A stretch of 64,000 bases of DNA from a virus, in the IMG/VR virus record IMGVR_UViG_3300045988_125846, positions 91,523 through 155,522 of that record, one strand, 5' to 3'. The notes below the pieces were generated by a model. It worked only from the letters and a program-made list of their open reading frames with translations. It was not told the DNA's origin and searched no databases. The stretch's first letter is position 1, and each line of letters starts with the position of its first letter. Shown here piece after piece: positions 1 to 8,599 of this stretch. The position numbers were made by a program, and so were the translations under genes.

Positions 1-107
1 CGTGAAATATAATCCGTTTCCATTTTGCCGGTAAATCCTTCTGCGTTCCGTGCTTCCTGCATTTCCATTTCTGCTTCTTTTGCTGTTAAATAAACTCTCT
101 TACACAT
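1..107 (-). CDS. hypothetical protein, N-terminal part only (runs off window)
   Basis: ATG at 107 preceded by AGGAGG (rc of 113-118); frame open to window edge (MCKRVYLTAKEAEMEMQEARNAEG...). Confidence 0.4.
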   Translation of the reverse strand, partial: MCKRVYLTAKEAEMEMQEARNAEGFTGKMETDYIS

Positions 108-135
108 AATTGCGTCCTCCTAGTAGTTTTTTGCA

Positions 136-167
136 TTAAAATAGCGACTACTTATTTCGCAGTCGCT
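136..167 (-). terminator. intrinsic terminator (minus strand)
   Basis: 7-bp stem AGCGACT/AGTCGCT (143-149/161-167) followed on the minus strand by a U-tract (ATTTTAA). Confidence 0.5.
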
Positions 168-289
168 TTGATTTCTCTTGCCTTTACCATTGCATTATTC
201 ATTTCAATACAAATTCCATGACAAATTCTCCTGTCTCCACATCGCTTGCATAGTGAAACGAACAATGTTTCCTTAATTTCCTTTGCCAT
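152..289 (-). CDS. 45-aa Cys-rich small protein
   Basis: Below the track cutoff. ATG abuts the upstream stop (TAAATG). CxxC...CxxxC pattern. Sits in a tight operon. Confidence 0.4.
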   Translation of the reverse strand: MAKEIKETLFVSLCKRCGDRRICHGICIEMNNAMVKAREIKATAK

Positions 290-403
290 TTAGACCTCTT
301 CTCTCTCTAAAAGTGTTTCGTAATATTGGCTTTCGCTTTCAAAAAGCTGGTATTTTCCATTGATCCAACCCATATAACCATCCGGTACTTCATATCCTTT
401 CAT
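290..403 (-). CDS. 37-aa small protein
   Basis: ATG at 403 immediately follows the stop of ORF 404-595; its own stop abuts the next ATG. Confidence 0.35.
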   Translation of the reverse strand: MKGYEVPDGYMGWINGKYQLFESESQYYETLLEREEV

Positions 404-595
404 TTATTTTTTCGCCTCTCTTTCTGTTCTCCTTGCTAAATTATTTTCGCTATCTGGGCAAATTCCCATAGCTAATAATGCGTCTTTCGCTGTGCATCCT
501 GTAATAATCGCATAGAATAATGCGTCCCATGGTGCTTGATTATCCCGTAATGTTCTTGCCATGATTTTCACTCTCCCTTCTATAACAGTCCACAT
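404..595 (-). CDS. hypothetical small protein (63 aa)
   Basis: Track ORF, part of a back-to-back minus-strand operon. Confidence 0.5.
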   Translation of the reverse strand: MWTVIEGRVKIMARTLRDNQAPWDALFYAIITGCTAKDALLAMGICPDSENNLARRTEREAKK

Positions 596-756
596 GCGGC
601 TAATAATTTCTTTGCAAATGGATGCTTGTTTGCTTCCAATTTGCGTTTCAACTCTCTGTTGTAACGCTCCTCAAAATAATCACGCTCTGATTGTGCGATT
701 TCTGCTTCTGGACGATTATCAATAACATCATAACCATCCTTAATGATAATTATCAT
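580..756 (-). CDS. 58-aa small protein
   Basis: ATG at 756 with GGAGGAG 8 nt upstream (rc of 765-771); overlaps the next gene by 16 nt. Confidence 0.45.
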   Translation of the reverse strand: MIIIIKDGYDVIDNRPEAEIAQSERDYFEERYNRELKRKLEANKHPFAKKLLAACGLL

Positions 757-781
757 TTGACTTTTCTCCTCCTTTTGTGCA

Positions 782-955
782 TTAAAAAAGCGATGCTAAC
801 GTCTGCGCTAACATCGCTTTACTCATGTTGTTGGTTTTGATACCATGGTTTCGTTTTACTTCTGCCCGGACTGAATAGATCCGTGGTGGTCTGCTTGCTT
901 TTGCAATTTCATAATCACAATAAGCATTGTGAATTTGTTTTGCTTTCTCTGACAT
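782..955 (-). CDS. 57-aa small protein
   Basis: ATG at 955 preceded by AAGGAGG; the 3' end runs into the terminator hairpin. Confidence 0.45.
   Translation of the reverse strand: MSEKAKQIHNAYCDYEIAKASRPPRIYSVRAEVKRNHGIKTNNMSKAMLAQTLASLF
783..818 (-). terminator. intrinsic terminator (minus strand)
   Basis: Stem AGCGATG/CATCGCT (789-795/812-818) with a U-run on the minus strand (plus-strand A-run 784-788). Confidence 0.55.
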
Positions 956-974
956 GGTGATTCCTCCTTATTAT

Positions 975-1472
975 TTACCACTCTGCACCGCTATATCTGA
1001 CCTGTAAGATAATATCATCGGTTATCTTTTCTGTTCCGTTACTATCCATGAGCATAGATACTACATCTTCATCTTCATAGTCTTCACAGCCACGAAATTT
1101 CCATTTGTTTCCGCTATAATCCTGTACAGTGACAACGTTTTGCTTTTTGTTTGCCCTTATTACTTTCGCTGTCAAAGGATATGTTTTGTTTTCATCTAAA
1201 TCTTTAAGATGCGGAAGTTTCTCACAGATTTTTGAATACGAATATCCATCTGCCTTATTGAACTGCTTTGTTGTATCGCCAAGCTCAAAGCAGAGATATC
1301 CATATTTGTCATAGAAATAACCAGCAATGTCACAGATTGGGATTGCATTTGTTACACTGATCTGCTTTGGAGTTGAGGCATTGACTGTTTGCGTTTGTTG
1401 CATTGTGCCTACTGTGTAGGATGTAAGGATTGTTGCTGTTGTAAGAATGAGTGATAATAATTTCTTTTTCAT
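975..1472 (-). CDS. secreted or lipoprotein-like protein (165 aa from the internal ATG)
   Basis: Start moved to MKKKLLSLILTTATIL... (RBS AAGGAGAA). The N-terminus looks like a signal peptide. No recognisable domain. Confidence 0.55.
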   Translation of the reverse strand: MKKKLLSLILTTATILTSYTVGTMQQTQTVNASTPKQISVTNAIPICDIAGYFYDKYGYLCFELGDTTKQFNKADGYSYSKICEKLPHLKDLDENKTYPLTAKVIRANKKQNVVTVQDYSGNKWKFRGCEDYEDEDVVSMLMDSNGTEKITDDIILQVRYSGAEW

Positions 1473-1503
1473 ATTTGTTCTCCTTTTCTGATTGTTTTTG
1501 GGT

Positions 1504-1533
1504 ATAAAAAATAGCACCCGGAAATTGGGTGCT
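1504..1533 (-). terminator. intrinsic terminator after the XRE gene
   Basis: Stem AGCACCC/GGGTGCT (1513-1519/1527-1533); the minus strand reads stem + TATTTTTT. Confidence 0.6.
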
Positions 1534-1562
1534 TGATTGGTGCTGTGGTTATATTTGACGCA

Positions 1563-1853
1563 TTATTTGCCTTGTAATTGCTTTTTCTTTGCCTCAAGTT
1601 CTGCTATTTGTTGCTCTATTGAGGCAATTGCTTCGTTTGCCTTGTTATATTTTTCATCTGGTATCCATTCCATAATTTCCCCTGGTTGGACTTGGAGATA
1701 TTCGCAGATACGATTTAATGTATCTGTTTTAAATACTTCATTTTTACTTATTTTAGACACAACATTAGTGCTAATTCCTGTATCTTTACATAGTTGTGTT
1801 TTTGTTATTTTGCGTTCGCTTAAAAGTGTATCAAGTTTATAATATACTATCAT
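1563..1853 (-). CDS. XRE/Cro-CI family helix-turn-helix regulator
   Basis: LDTLLSERKITKTQLCKDTGISTNVVSKISKNE... is a classic HTH_3 pattern, with a C-terminal coiled coil. Confidence 0.8.
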   Translation of the reverse strand: MIVYYKLDTLLSERKITKTQLCKDTGISTNVVSKISKNEVFKTDTLNRICEYLQVQPGEIMEWIPDEKYNKANEAIASIEQQIAELEAKKKQLQGK

Positions 1854-1922
1854 ATAATTTTCGCCTCCTTTTATATATTCAAAGATAGCATATTATTTGA
1901 CTTTTTTCAAGTGCTATCATTT

Positions 1923-2090
1923 TTATTTACCATATGTCAATGCATATGGTTTTGCCTTGAACCATTTACGTATATTGTCAGTAAGTCCCCATGAAGTTTG
2001 TGCAAAGTCGTTTTGATCGTTTAGCACTTCTTTCATTGCTTCTTTTTTCGCTTTTGCATGTTTAATTGCCATGCTTCTATCTTTTCCCAT
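1923..2090 (-). CDS. hypothetical small basic protein (55 aa)
   Basis: Start moved to the internal MGKD..., which is preceded by AAGGAGG. Confidence 0.45.
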   Translation of the reverse strand: MGKDRSMAIKHAKAKKEAMKEVLNDQNDFAQTSWGLTDNIRKWFKAKPYALTYGK

Positions 2091-2107
2091 GATTTTATCC
2101 TCCTTTT

Positions 2108-2335
2108 TTAGAATCTCCAATGATGCTTGAATTTATCAGGTATAGCAGTTGCAGTTACAGTTCTACCCCAGCAGTCGGAAATTTTCCCTTCCATTAGACA
2201 ACCAAACTCATTTGCAGAGTTTGACAGTGTTACTAGCTGAGAAGTAACGGAGCAAATTTCATCTCCGAAAAGCTCAGAGTTGGCTGTGAGCTGATTTGCA
2301 AGTGCATGGATTTCATTTTTTCTGAATTTCAACAT
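2108..2335 (-). CDS. hypothetical protein (75 aa)
   Basis: Start moved to MLKFRK..., preceded by AAGGAGGG. Confidence 0.45.
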   Translation of the reverse strand: MLKFRKNEIHALANQLTANSELFGDEICSVTSQLVTLSNSANEFGCLMEGKISDCWGRTVTATAIPDKFKHHWRF

Positions 2336-2370
2336 GTCAATTCCCTCCTTAATTTTAAAAATGCACACTA

Positions 2371-2399
2371 TAAAAAGGGCAAAGTATTTGCCTTGCCCT
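2371..2399 (-). terminator. intrinsic terminator after the 222-aa gene
   Basis: Stem GGGCAA/TTGCCC (2377-82/2393-98) followed by a U-run on the minus strand. Confidence 0.55.
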
Positions 2400-2427
2400 C
2401 TCTAACTATGCATTTTATGGTTGCATA

Positions 2428-3096
2428 CTATTTGTTGTTTTTCTTAGATTTTTTTGTGTACTTGTCAGTTAATACGCTAGGAATATCGGCAGGTTTAATA
2501 GTTCCTGCTTCTACCATCCACTCAAAGCCTACACCGTAAAGGTTTTTAAGCGCATTTGTTACGTCATACTTGAGAGCCTTTGTACCGTTAGACTTTACAA
2601 CGGTTTTCGTGTCAATCTTCTTACCGATTGATTCCAGAACGGCAGTTTCAAATGTTGTACCTGCTACATCAAGTTTGTAAACTTTGTAGAAGTTCTCTAC
2701 TGCTGTCTTGACATCTTCTAAGCACTTAGCATCTTTCATAGCTTTGCGGAATTTTTTGTCGTGTTCGTTGTATTCAAAAGAAGCTTGTTCTTTGAGCAAC
2801 TTATCCCACTCAACCTTTAAGCCTTCATTGATAGTTACATAATTAGTACGCATCCGGTTCAGATCCTCAACTGTAATGTCAAGATTTCCCGAACCTTTTT
2901 CGAGCATGTCGTCAATGGCTGCAATACTGTTATTATTAGCATCAATTTTTGAGCCATAGATTGTATTCAGTTCGGCTTTTTTGATGATGCAACGGAAAAA
3001 TTCAGAAGTCCGTGTTGATAATGTGCGTGCTGACTGGAAAAAGTCAACTTTAGTGTTGTTTGTTGCTACTGTTGTGTTAGTTGTTGTTTTACTCAT
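2428..3096 (-). CDS. hypothetical protein (222 aa), first gene of the leftward operon
   Basis: Long ORF with RBS GGAGAAAGAG upstream. No recognisable motif. Confidence 0.6.
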   Translation of the reverse strand: MSKTTTNTTVATNNTKVDFFQSARTLSTRTSEFFRCIIKKAELNTIYGSKIDANNNSIAAIDDMLEKGSGNLDITVEDLNRMRTNYVTINEGLKVEWDKLLKEQASFEYNEHDKKFRKAMKDAKCLEDVKTAVENFYKVYKLDVAGTTFETAVLESIGKKIDTKTVVKSNGTKALKYDVTNALKNLYGVGFEWMVEAGTIKPADIPSVLTDKYTKKSKKNNK

Positions 3097-3640
3097 AATG
3101 TTCTCTTTCTCCGACTTGACGCAATCGGTGCTATGTATTTTTATTGTGTACGTTGTTATCCTCAGCTTTTAACAGACTTGGAACTGTCAATCTTTGCAGA
3201 CTGGTAGCTTTATAACGTCCTCCTCACCTTACCTAGTGCACCTCACACCGTTGTACTTTCGTACGCCCCTAAAGAGTATTCATGCTTAGTCTTGAGCATT
3301 CATGACCTCTAACCCCTTTAGGATATAGATACAGACCTCAATATTCAATTCCTACGAGTTGGGGAACGTAGGCACTCTATTTTCACCCCGAATTGCAATG
3401 CAAATAGTTAGAATACAAGCCGTAACTTATTTTCGTAGTGTGGTTTGTGCCGTAACACTTGCCACCTATCCGCAAAGGCATTTTTAAAGATATGCAAACT
3501 TTTTGTGGAATTTTTGCATGAAATATGCTAAGATATGTAATGCTATGGTGTAGCGTTTCATGCGTTCCACTATGTAAGGGTGTAAGGTGTGATAGACTTT
3601 GCACCCTATTTATAGGTTGCTACCCTATATATAAGCTATA
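3097..3640 (-). promoter_or_regulatory. long ORF-free, GC-richer 5' leader or ncRNA downstream of the three promoters
   Basis: No credible ORF. Minus-strand GAAA-capped hairpin GTAC-GAAA-GTAC (3253-3264), 6-bp hairpin CCTACG/CGTAGG (3351-3372), palindrome ATGCAAA/TTTGCAT (3492-3519). Confidence 0.35.
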
Positions 3641-3677
3641 AGTTTGAACATTTAAGTCAATCGCTTGACTTGTTTAA

Positions 3678-3706
3678 AGTATATCATGTTACTTGTCTGT
3701 TGTCAA
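3678..3706 (-). promoter_or_regulatory. sigma-A/sigma-70 type promoter P1 (leftward)
   Basis: Minus strand reads TTGACA (3706-3701), 17-nt spacer, TATACT (3683-3678). Confidence 0.7.
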
Positions 3707-3779
3707 GTATTATTTTAGGATTGCTTGCAAAGAAGTTTAAAGTCTTGTTACTTCCTAATTATTCACTTGACTTAATACA

Positions 3780-3808
3780 AGTATATCAGATATTCTTTTG
3801 CTTGTCAA
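3780..3808 (-). promoter_or_regulatory. sigma-A/sigma-70 type promoter P2 (leftward)
   Basis: Minus strand reads TTGACA (3808-3803), 17 nt, TATACT (3785-3780). Confidence 0.7.
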
Positions 3809-3858
3809 GAGTCAATCTCTAATTTCTTAAAAATTGTTTGTTCTCTTGACTTGATTAT

Positions 3859-3887
3859 ATACTATCACATGAATTGTCTAAAGTCAA
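3859..3887 (-). promoter_or_regulatory. sigma-A/sigma-70 type promoter P3 (leftward, extended -10)
   Basis: Minus strand reads TTGACT (3887-3882), 17 nt ending in TGA, TAGTAT (3864-3859). Confidence 0.55.
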
Positions 3888-4083
3888 GTATTATTTTTCA
3901 AAAAATACGATAAATTATAATACAAACATATGTTCTACTTGGATAATCCAGATCTGATTTTATAGAACGTTTGTTCTATCCAAAAACAATGTATAATATA
4001 TATCTATTATCCACTGTTTTTGCCTAACCCGGGGTAGTTAAAACTAATTAGATGGGCTGGAAATGTAGTAAACCTTATAGCTG

Positions 4084-4302
4084 ATTCATCCACACACCAA
4101 CTCAAAAATCTAACCCTTCCCAATATTCAAAATCCCAACAAAATCAAGCAAAATCCAAAATTTCACCCTTCAAACCACTTATCGTACCCCATATCGTCAA
4201 ATTCCACTAAAATCAAGCATTTCAGCCACTTCAACCCCAAAAAATTAAATTCCTATCTCACCAAAAATTCACCCATAATTTCAAAATTATCCTTATTTAT
4301 AA
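4084..4302 (+). other. G-depleted C/A-rich tract
   Basis: I counted 5 G in 219 nt on the plus strand. AAAATCAAGCA occurs twice (4141-4151, 4210-4220). Confidence 0.8.
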
Positions 4303-4481
4303 GCACTTTTGCCGATAACGATTTTTCCATCAAAAGTCACACTCAAGAATCTCAACATATGGGGGTATTAAAACCTTCGCACAAATCACCTTTTAAATAG
4401 AGATATCCATATATAAAACAGCAATAAAAAGGACTATAGCCAAAGCCATAGTCCAATAAACAAATATTCAACAATATACAA

Positions 4482-5357
4482 CTAATATAAATAAATTTCA
4501 ATTCTCTCAATATCATATTTTTCTTTCATATCCAATAAATAACGATCAGATATTTTTATTTTTTCACATGCTGGTATTTTATTTGTTTTTATACTATAAG
4601 AAGTATTTATGCAAATTGGTTTATTATCGCTATTGTAATACAATATAGAGCATAATGCTAATTGATTACGATTTGAATTATTACTAAATATAATATCTCT
4701 ATATTCAAAGTTTCCATTAGTATATGGATTAGATACGCTATACTCTATATCTATAGGATCGGCTCTATAAACATTGCTTAAGTTTATTCTTGTATATTCA
4801 TCATATGATATTGGAATAATAATATACCTGTTAGAATTTACAACACCTCTAATTTCACCACTTCCAATATAAAATCCGTCTTTATCGTAACGTTTACATT
4901 TAATTCTAGCTTCAACAGTAATATCATTGTTATTTATTATCTTAATAGCATTAGTATTATTTCTATTAAAATCTTTGTTTTCAGGAATATCAATCAACTC
5001 ATAACTTACATGATCTTTTAAAGCATCCTTAACAGTAACCTTACAAACATAATTTTTATCATTATATTTTGCGGTTATTTTAACAGAACCAGGTTTTAAT
5101 GCTTCTATATGCCCATAATTAGTAACTTTCACAACATTTTTATTAGAAGAAGACCATCTGGCAGAATATATTTCAGTTTTCCCTTCATATATTTTCAAAT
5201 TTTTTACTTCTCCAGCATACAAAGTAATTTTTGTATAATTCAATTTAACCTTCTTGGCAGCATAGGTATTTTGTGGTGCTAATTGAATAATGGTAATAGT
5301 CATTACAACACATAACACAAAACTAAATACCCTCTTTAATCTCTTTGATTTCTTCAT
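4482..5357 (-). CDS. secreted protein with a bacterial Ig-like (Big_2) domain
   Basis: Signal-like N-terminus (FSFVLCVVMTITIIQLA...AYA). KLNYTKITLYAGEVKNLKI...VVKVTNYGHIEALKPGSVKITA matches the Big_2 pattern. Confidence 0.65.
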   Translation of the reverse strand: MKKSKRLKRVFSFVLCVVMTITIIQLAPQNTYAAKKVKLNYTKITLYAGEVKNLKIYEGKTEIYSARWSSSNKNVVKVTNYGHIEALKPGSVKITAKYNDKNYVCKVTVKDALKDHVSYELIDIPENKDFNRNNTNAIKIINNNDITVEARIKCKRYDKDGFYIGSGEIRGVVNSNRYIIIPISYDEYTRINLSNVYRADPIDIEYSVSNPYTNGNFEYRDIIFSNNSNRNQLALCSILYYNSDNKPICINTSYSIKTNKIPACEKIKISDRYLLDMKEKYDIERIEIYLY

Positions 5358-5854
5358 AAATAAAAACCTCCTATATAAAATATTTGATTTAATTGTACTC
5401 TTATATAAAAAGAATTACAATAAGTATGTTTCAATATAAATGTTTTCATAAAATAAAATCTCACTAATATAATTCCTCAAAAATATTATATATCATTCTA
5501 ACGTATTTAAAAGCCGAAATAAGGCTTTTTAATTTTTACCCCAACAAGTTATCATAAAAGCAATAAAAAACATTTCTAGGGCTATTCTACGCTGTCAAAA
5601 ATGCATCTACTTAAGTTACTCATTGTAGATTTTTACCAAAATTATTTTCAGTACAAAACATTATTTTATACATAATTGCCAAATTATACATCAGATAATG
5701 TGCGTAGCACAAGATGTAGTCCCTTGATAGGGACGGTCTTTTCGCAGCGTTAGCAAGAAAAGAACATCTCTAGGGTAGACATATATAAAATAAACCAATA
5801 AATAGCAATCCTAACAGAGAATAATATATTATCAATCAAGAAAGGAATTATATC

Positions 5855-6271
5855 ATGAACAATACAAACAATATAACCAATTCAGAGACACCAAAGTACC
5901 TCAAACATAAAGAAAGTAATATATCCAAAGCAAAGAAGAAATCTAAGCATAAACATCAATATGAAGAATGTTTAATTCAATACAGATGGAATTTTAAAAG
6001 TAATGTATTTACACAAGAAGAAAAAGATAAAATTTACACATCATTGAGCAGTTACTGTGCCGTATGCGGAAAAATCAAAGGATATTTGCAAAACGGAAAA
6101 TATCATACTGAGATTGAAGAATTACAAAAAGAAAGACAAAAATGGAAACCGTATTGGGTTGGAATACCAGACGAAGAAATATATGAAAGATATCATGATA
6201 AATTACCAGTATTCTTTGTAGAGGATTATTGGAAAGACAGCTATGTGAATTTGGATGAGAATAAAAAATAG
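5855..6271 (+). CDS. hypothetical protein (138 aa)
   Basis: RBS AAAGGAA upstream. Basic N-terminus with one CxxC. No family recognised. Confidence 0.5.
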   Translation: MNNTNNITNSETPKYLKHKESNISKAKKKSKHKHQYEECLIQYRWNFKSNVFTQEEKDKIYTSLSSYCAVCGKIKGYLQNGKYHTEIEELQKERQKWKPYWVGIPDEEIYERYHDKLPVFFVEDYWKDSYVNLDENKK

Positions 6272-6387
6272 AAAAGAGAATAATCATATATGTACACTTC
6301 ATTGCCTACGGCGTTGTTGGTCAATCGCTTCTTACGAAGCTCATGCCCTTGTGTCCTGCTTACGCAGTCCACAAATATAAGAATTTT

Positions 6388-6526
6388 AATTTTAGAACTT
6401 TTATTATATCTTTTATAAGGGATAGCCCTAAAAACCCTTGATTTATAAGGCTTTTTTTTCAATTTTAGAACTTTTGCAAATTTGGCATATTTTTGCAAAA
6501 ACTTCAAAAACCCTTAATTTATAAGG
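6388..6526. repeat. cluster of direct repeats upstream of the ATPase gene
   Basis: AAAAACCCTT(G/A)ATTTATAAGG at 6430-6450 and 6506-6526 (20/21). AATTTTAGAACTTTT at 6388-6402 and 6461-6475 (15/15). TTTTGCAAA occurs twice. Confidence 0.8.
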
Positions 6527-6657
6527 GAAAAATCCAAGAACTTATTTTTTGAAAATGGTGTTAAAATTTTATGCCAAGCCAAACGGCAGTTGGAGGGATT
6601 TTTGTCGTTAAGTGGAGAATATAGTTATATACAAGTATTTAGAAAGGAGATTTTATA

Positions 6658-7911
6658 TTGGAATTTAATTGTAAAGTTAATATTGTAGATGCCATTATGG
6701 GTGCTGGTAAAACTCAGTCAATAATGAATTATATTAATCAATCAGATGAAGATGAGAAATTTTTGGTAATAACACCTTTCCTTGATGAAATAACCAGATA
6801 TAGGACGTATTGTAATGGTAAGAATTTTAAAGCACCTACATTTTTAAAAGATGAAAAGGATGATAGGGGCAGTAAACTTAGAGATCTTAAGAGATTGATC
6901 GGCAATGGTAATAACATAGTGTCAACCCATGCTCTATTTCAAAAATTCGACAATGAACTGATTGATTTATGTAGAGCGCAAAATTATACGCTTATAATGG
7001 ATGAAGTTGCAAATGTTATAGAAGAATATGATATTACCAAACAGGATTTTGAGATATTAAAAAATACATATGTTGAAATCAATCCTGATACAAAGCAGCT
7101 TACATGGAAAGATGAATATTCTGATTATCATGGTAAATTTGATAATGAAAAGCGTTTATGTGAGTTAGGAAGTCTTGTATGTTATGGAGACAACTTAATG
7201 GTATGGTTATTTCCTATAGAGACATTTAATTCATTTAGGAATATCTATATTCTTACATATTATTTTGATATGCAAATGCAGAAATATTACTATGACTATT
7301 ATGGAGTTCAATATACATACTGGTCTGTTCAAGGCGATTCTATGGAAAATTATCATCTTATTCCATATAGCTCAAATATCAGATATACATCTTATGATTA
7401 TAGTAAGCTAATTCATATTTGTGAGAATGAAAAATTAAATATGATTGGCGATAGAGATTCTGACTTGTCTTTTTCTTGGTATTCTCGAAATAAAAACAAC
7501 GCATCAATGAAGATATTAAAAAAGAATATATATAATTTCTTCCATAATGTGCGAAATACAAATTCAAATGACTACATATGGACTACATTTAAAGAATACC
7601 AACAAATATTAAAAGGGAAAGGATATACAAAAGGATATCTATCATGTAATTGCAGAGCCACCAATGAATATCGAGACAGAACTTCTGTAGCATATCTTAT
7701 AAATCGTTACCTCAATCCATTTATTAAAAATTTTTTCACAACAAATCATATTAGTGTAGACGAGAATGGTTATGCACTTTCTGAAATGCTTCAGTTTATA
7801 TGGCGATCAGCTATTCGTGATGGCAAGGAAATTTGGGTATATATCCCAAGTATACGAATGCGAAATCTTCTAAAAAAATGGATCAAAGACAATTCACCAC
7901 AAAATTCCTAA
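6658..7911 (+). CDS. P-loop NTPase, SF2 helicase-like
   Basis: TTG start after AAAGGAG. Walker A AIMGAGKTQS and Walker B-like LIMDEV. Confidence 0.5.
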   Translation: MEFNCKVNIVDAIMGAGKTQSIMNYINQSDEDEKFLVITPFLDEITRYRTYCNGKNFKAPTFLKDEKDDRGSKLRDLKRLIGNGNNIVSTHALFQKFDNELIDLCRAQNYTLIMDEVANVIEEYDITKQDFEILKNTYVEINPDTKQLTWKDEYSDYHGKFDNEKRLCELGSLVCYGDNLMVWLFPIETFNSFRNIYILTYYFDMQMQKYYYDYYGVQYTYWSVQGDSMENYHLIPYSSNIRYTSYDYSKLIHICENEKLNMIGDRDSDLSFSWYSRNKNNASMKILKKNIYNFFHNVRNTNSNDYIWTTFKEYQQILKGKGYTKGYLSCNCRATNEYRDRTSVAYLINRYLNPFIKNFFTTNHISVDENGYALSEMLQFIWRSAIRDGKEIWVYIPSIRMRNLLKKWIKDNSPQNS

Positions 7912-8007
7912 TAAATAGAGAATAAACATATGTAACCAATTAACACAGCACTTAAAAGGAGCTGATTACAATGAATAAAATTTTAAAAATCAAAGGAGAA
8001 CAATTAA

Positions 8008-8226
8008 ATGAACAAAACAGTAACAATCGAATCAAAGAATCATAAATACGCAAATACATACGGTGGGCTTATCTGTCAGTCCGATTTTTGTACTGACTAT
8101 GAAGGAAGTAAAAATATTGCAGATAAAATCGCTTCTGCTTGGAGATTTGATAGATCATGTAACATGCAAATGAAAAATAGTATTAGAAGTTATAAAGAAA
8201 AGGTTACAAATAATAAAAATAACTGA
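8008..8226 (+). CDS. hypothetical protein (72 aa)
   Basis: RBS AAAGGAGAA upstream. Confidence 0.45.
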   Translation: MNKTVTIESKNHKYANTYGGLICQSDFCTDYEGSKNIADKIASAWRFDRSCNMQMKNSIRSYKEKVTNNKNN

Positions 8227-8362
8227 GATACCATTTCTAGCTGAGAATTTATTATTCTGACAGTGCACAGAAAATTCTACACCATTCGGTGAACAAATAC
8301 TCGCCTAAAAATTATAACTGAAAAATTTACACAACTGTATTAAAGGAGAATGGAATAACTAT

Positions 8363-8599
8363 ATGTGTAGTCTATGTAACAGATATGATGGTACGCACGA
8401 TCCACGATGTCCTTACTATTCTCCTACTCGCCCAAGAATAACTTGCTGCTATTGCAACGAAGGAATTTATCAAGGCGAAAGGTATCTTGATAATGAACAA
8501 GGAGAATATATACATGAGGATTGCGTTGGATCTGCTGGAATTAATTGGATGATTAATTGGTTAGGATTTAGATATGAAACGGAGGAGAACGATGAATAA
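8363..8599 (+). CDS. Cys-rich zinc-finger-like small protein
   Basis: CSLCN...CPYY...CCYCNEG...C pattern; RBS AAAGGAGAA. Confidence 0.5.
   Translation: MCSLCNRYDGTHDPRCPYYSPTRPRITCCYCNEGIYQGERYLDNEQGEYIHEDCVGSAGINWMINWLGFRYETEENDE

Noticed and set aside
5701-6372. Possible imperfect inverted repeats (TGCGTAGCACAAG... vs rc ...TGCGTAAGCAGGACACAAG) flanking ORF 5855-6271, hinting at a small mobile cassette
   Set aside because: The alignment needs several gaps and only about 13 nt match. There are no target-site duplications, and it is indistinguishable from chance.
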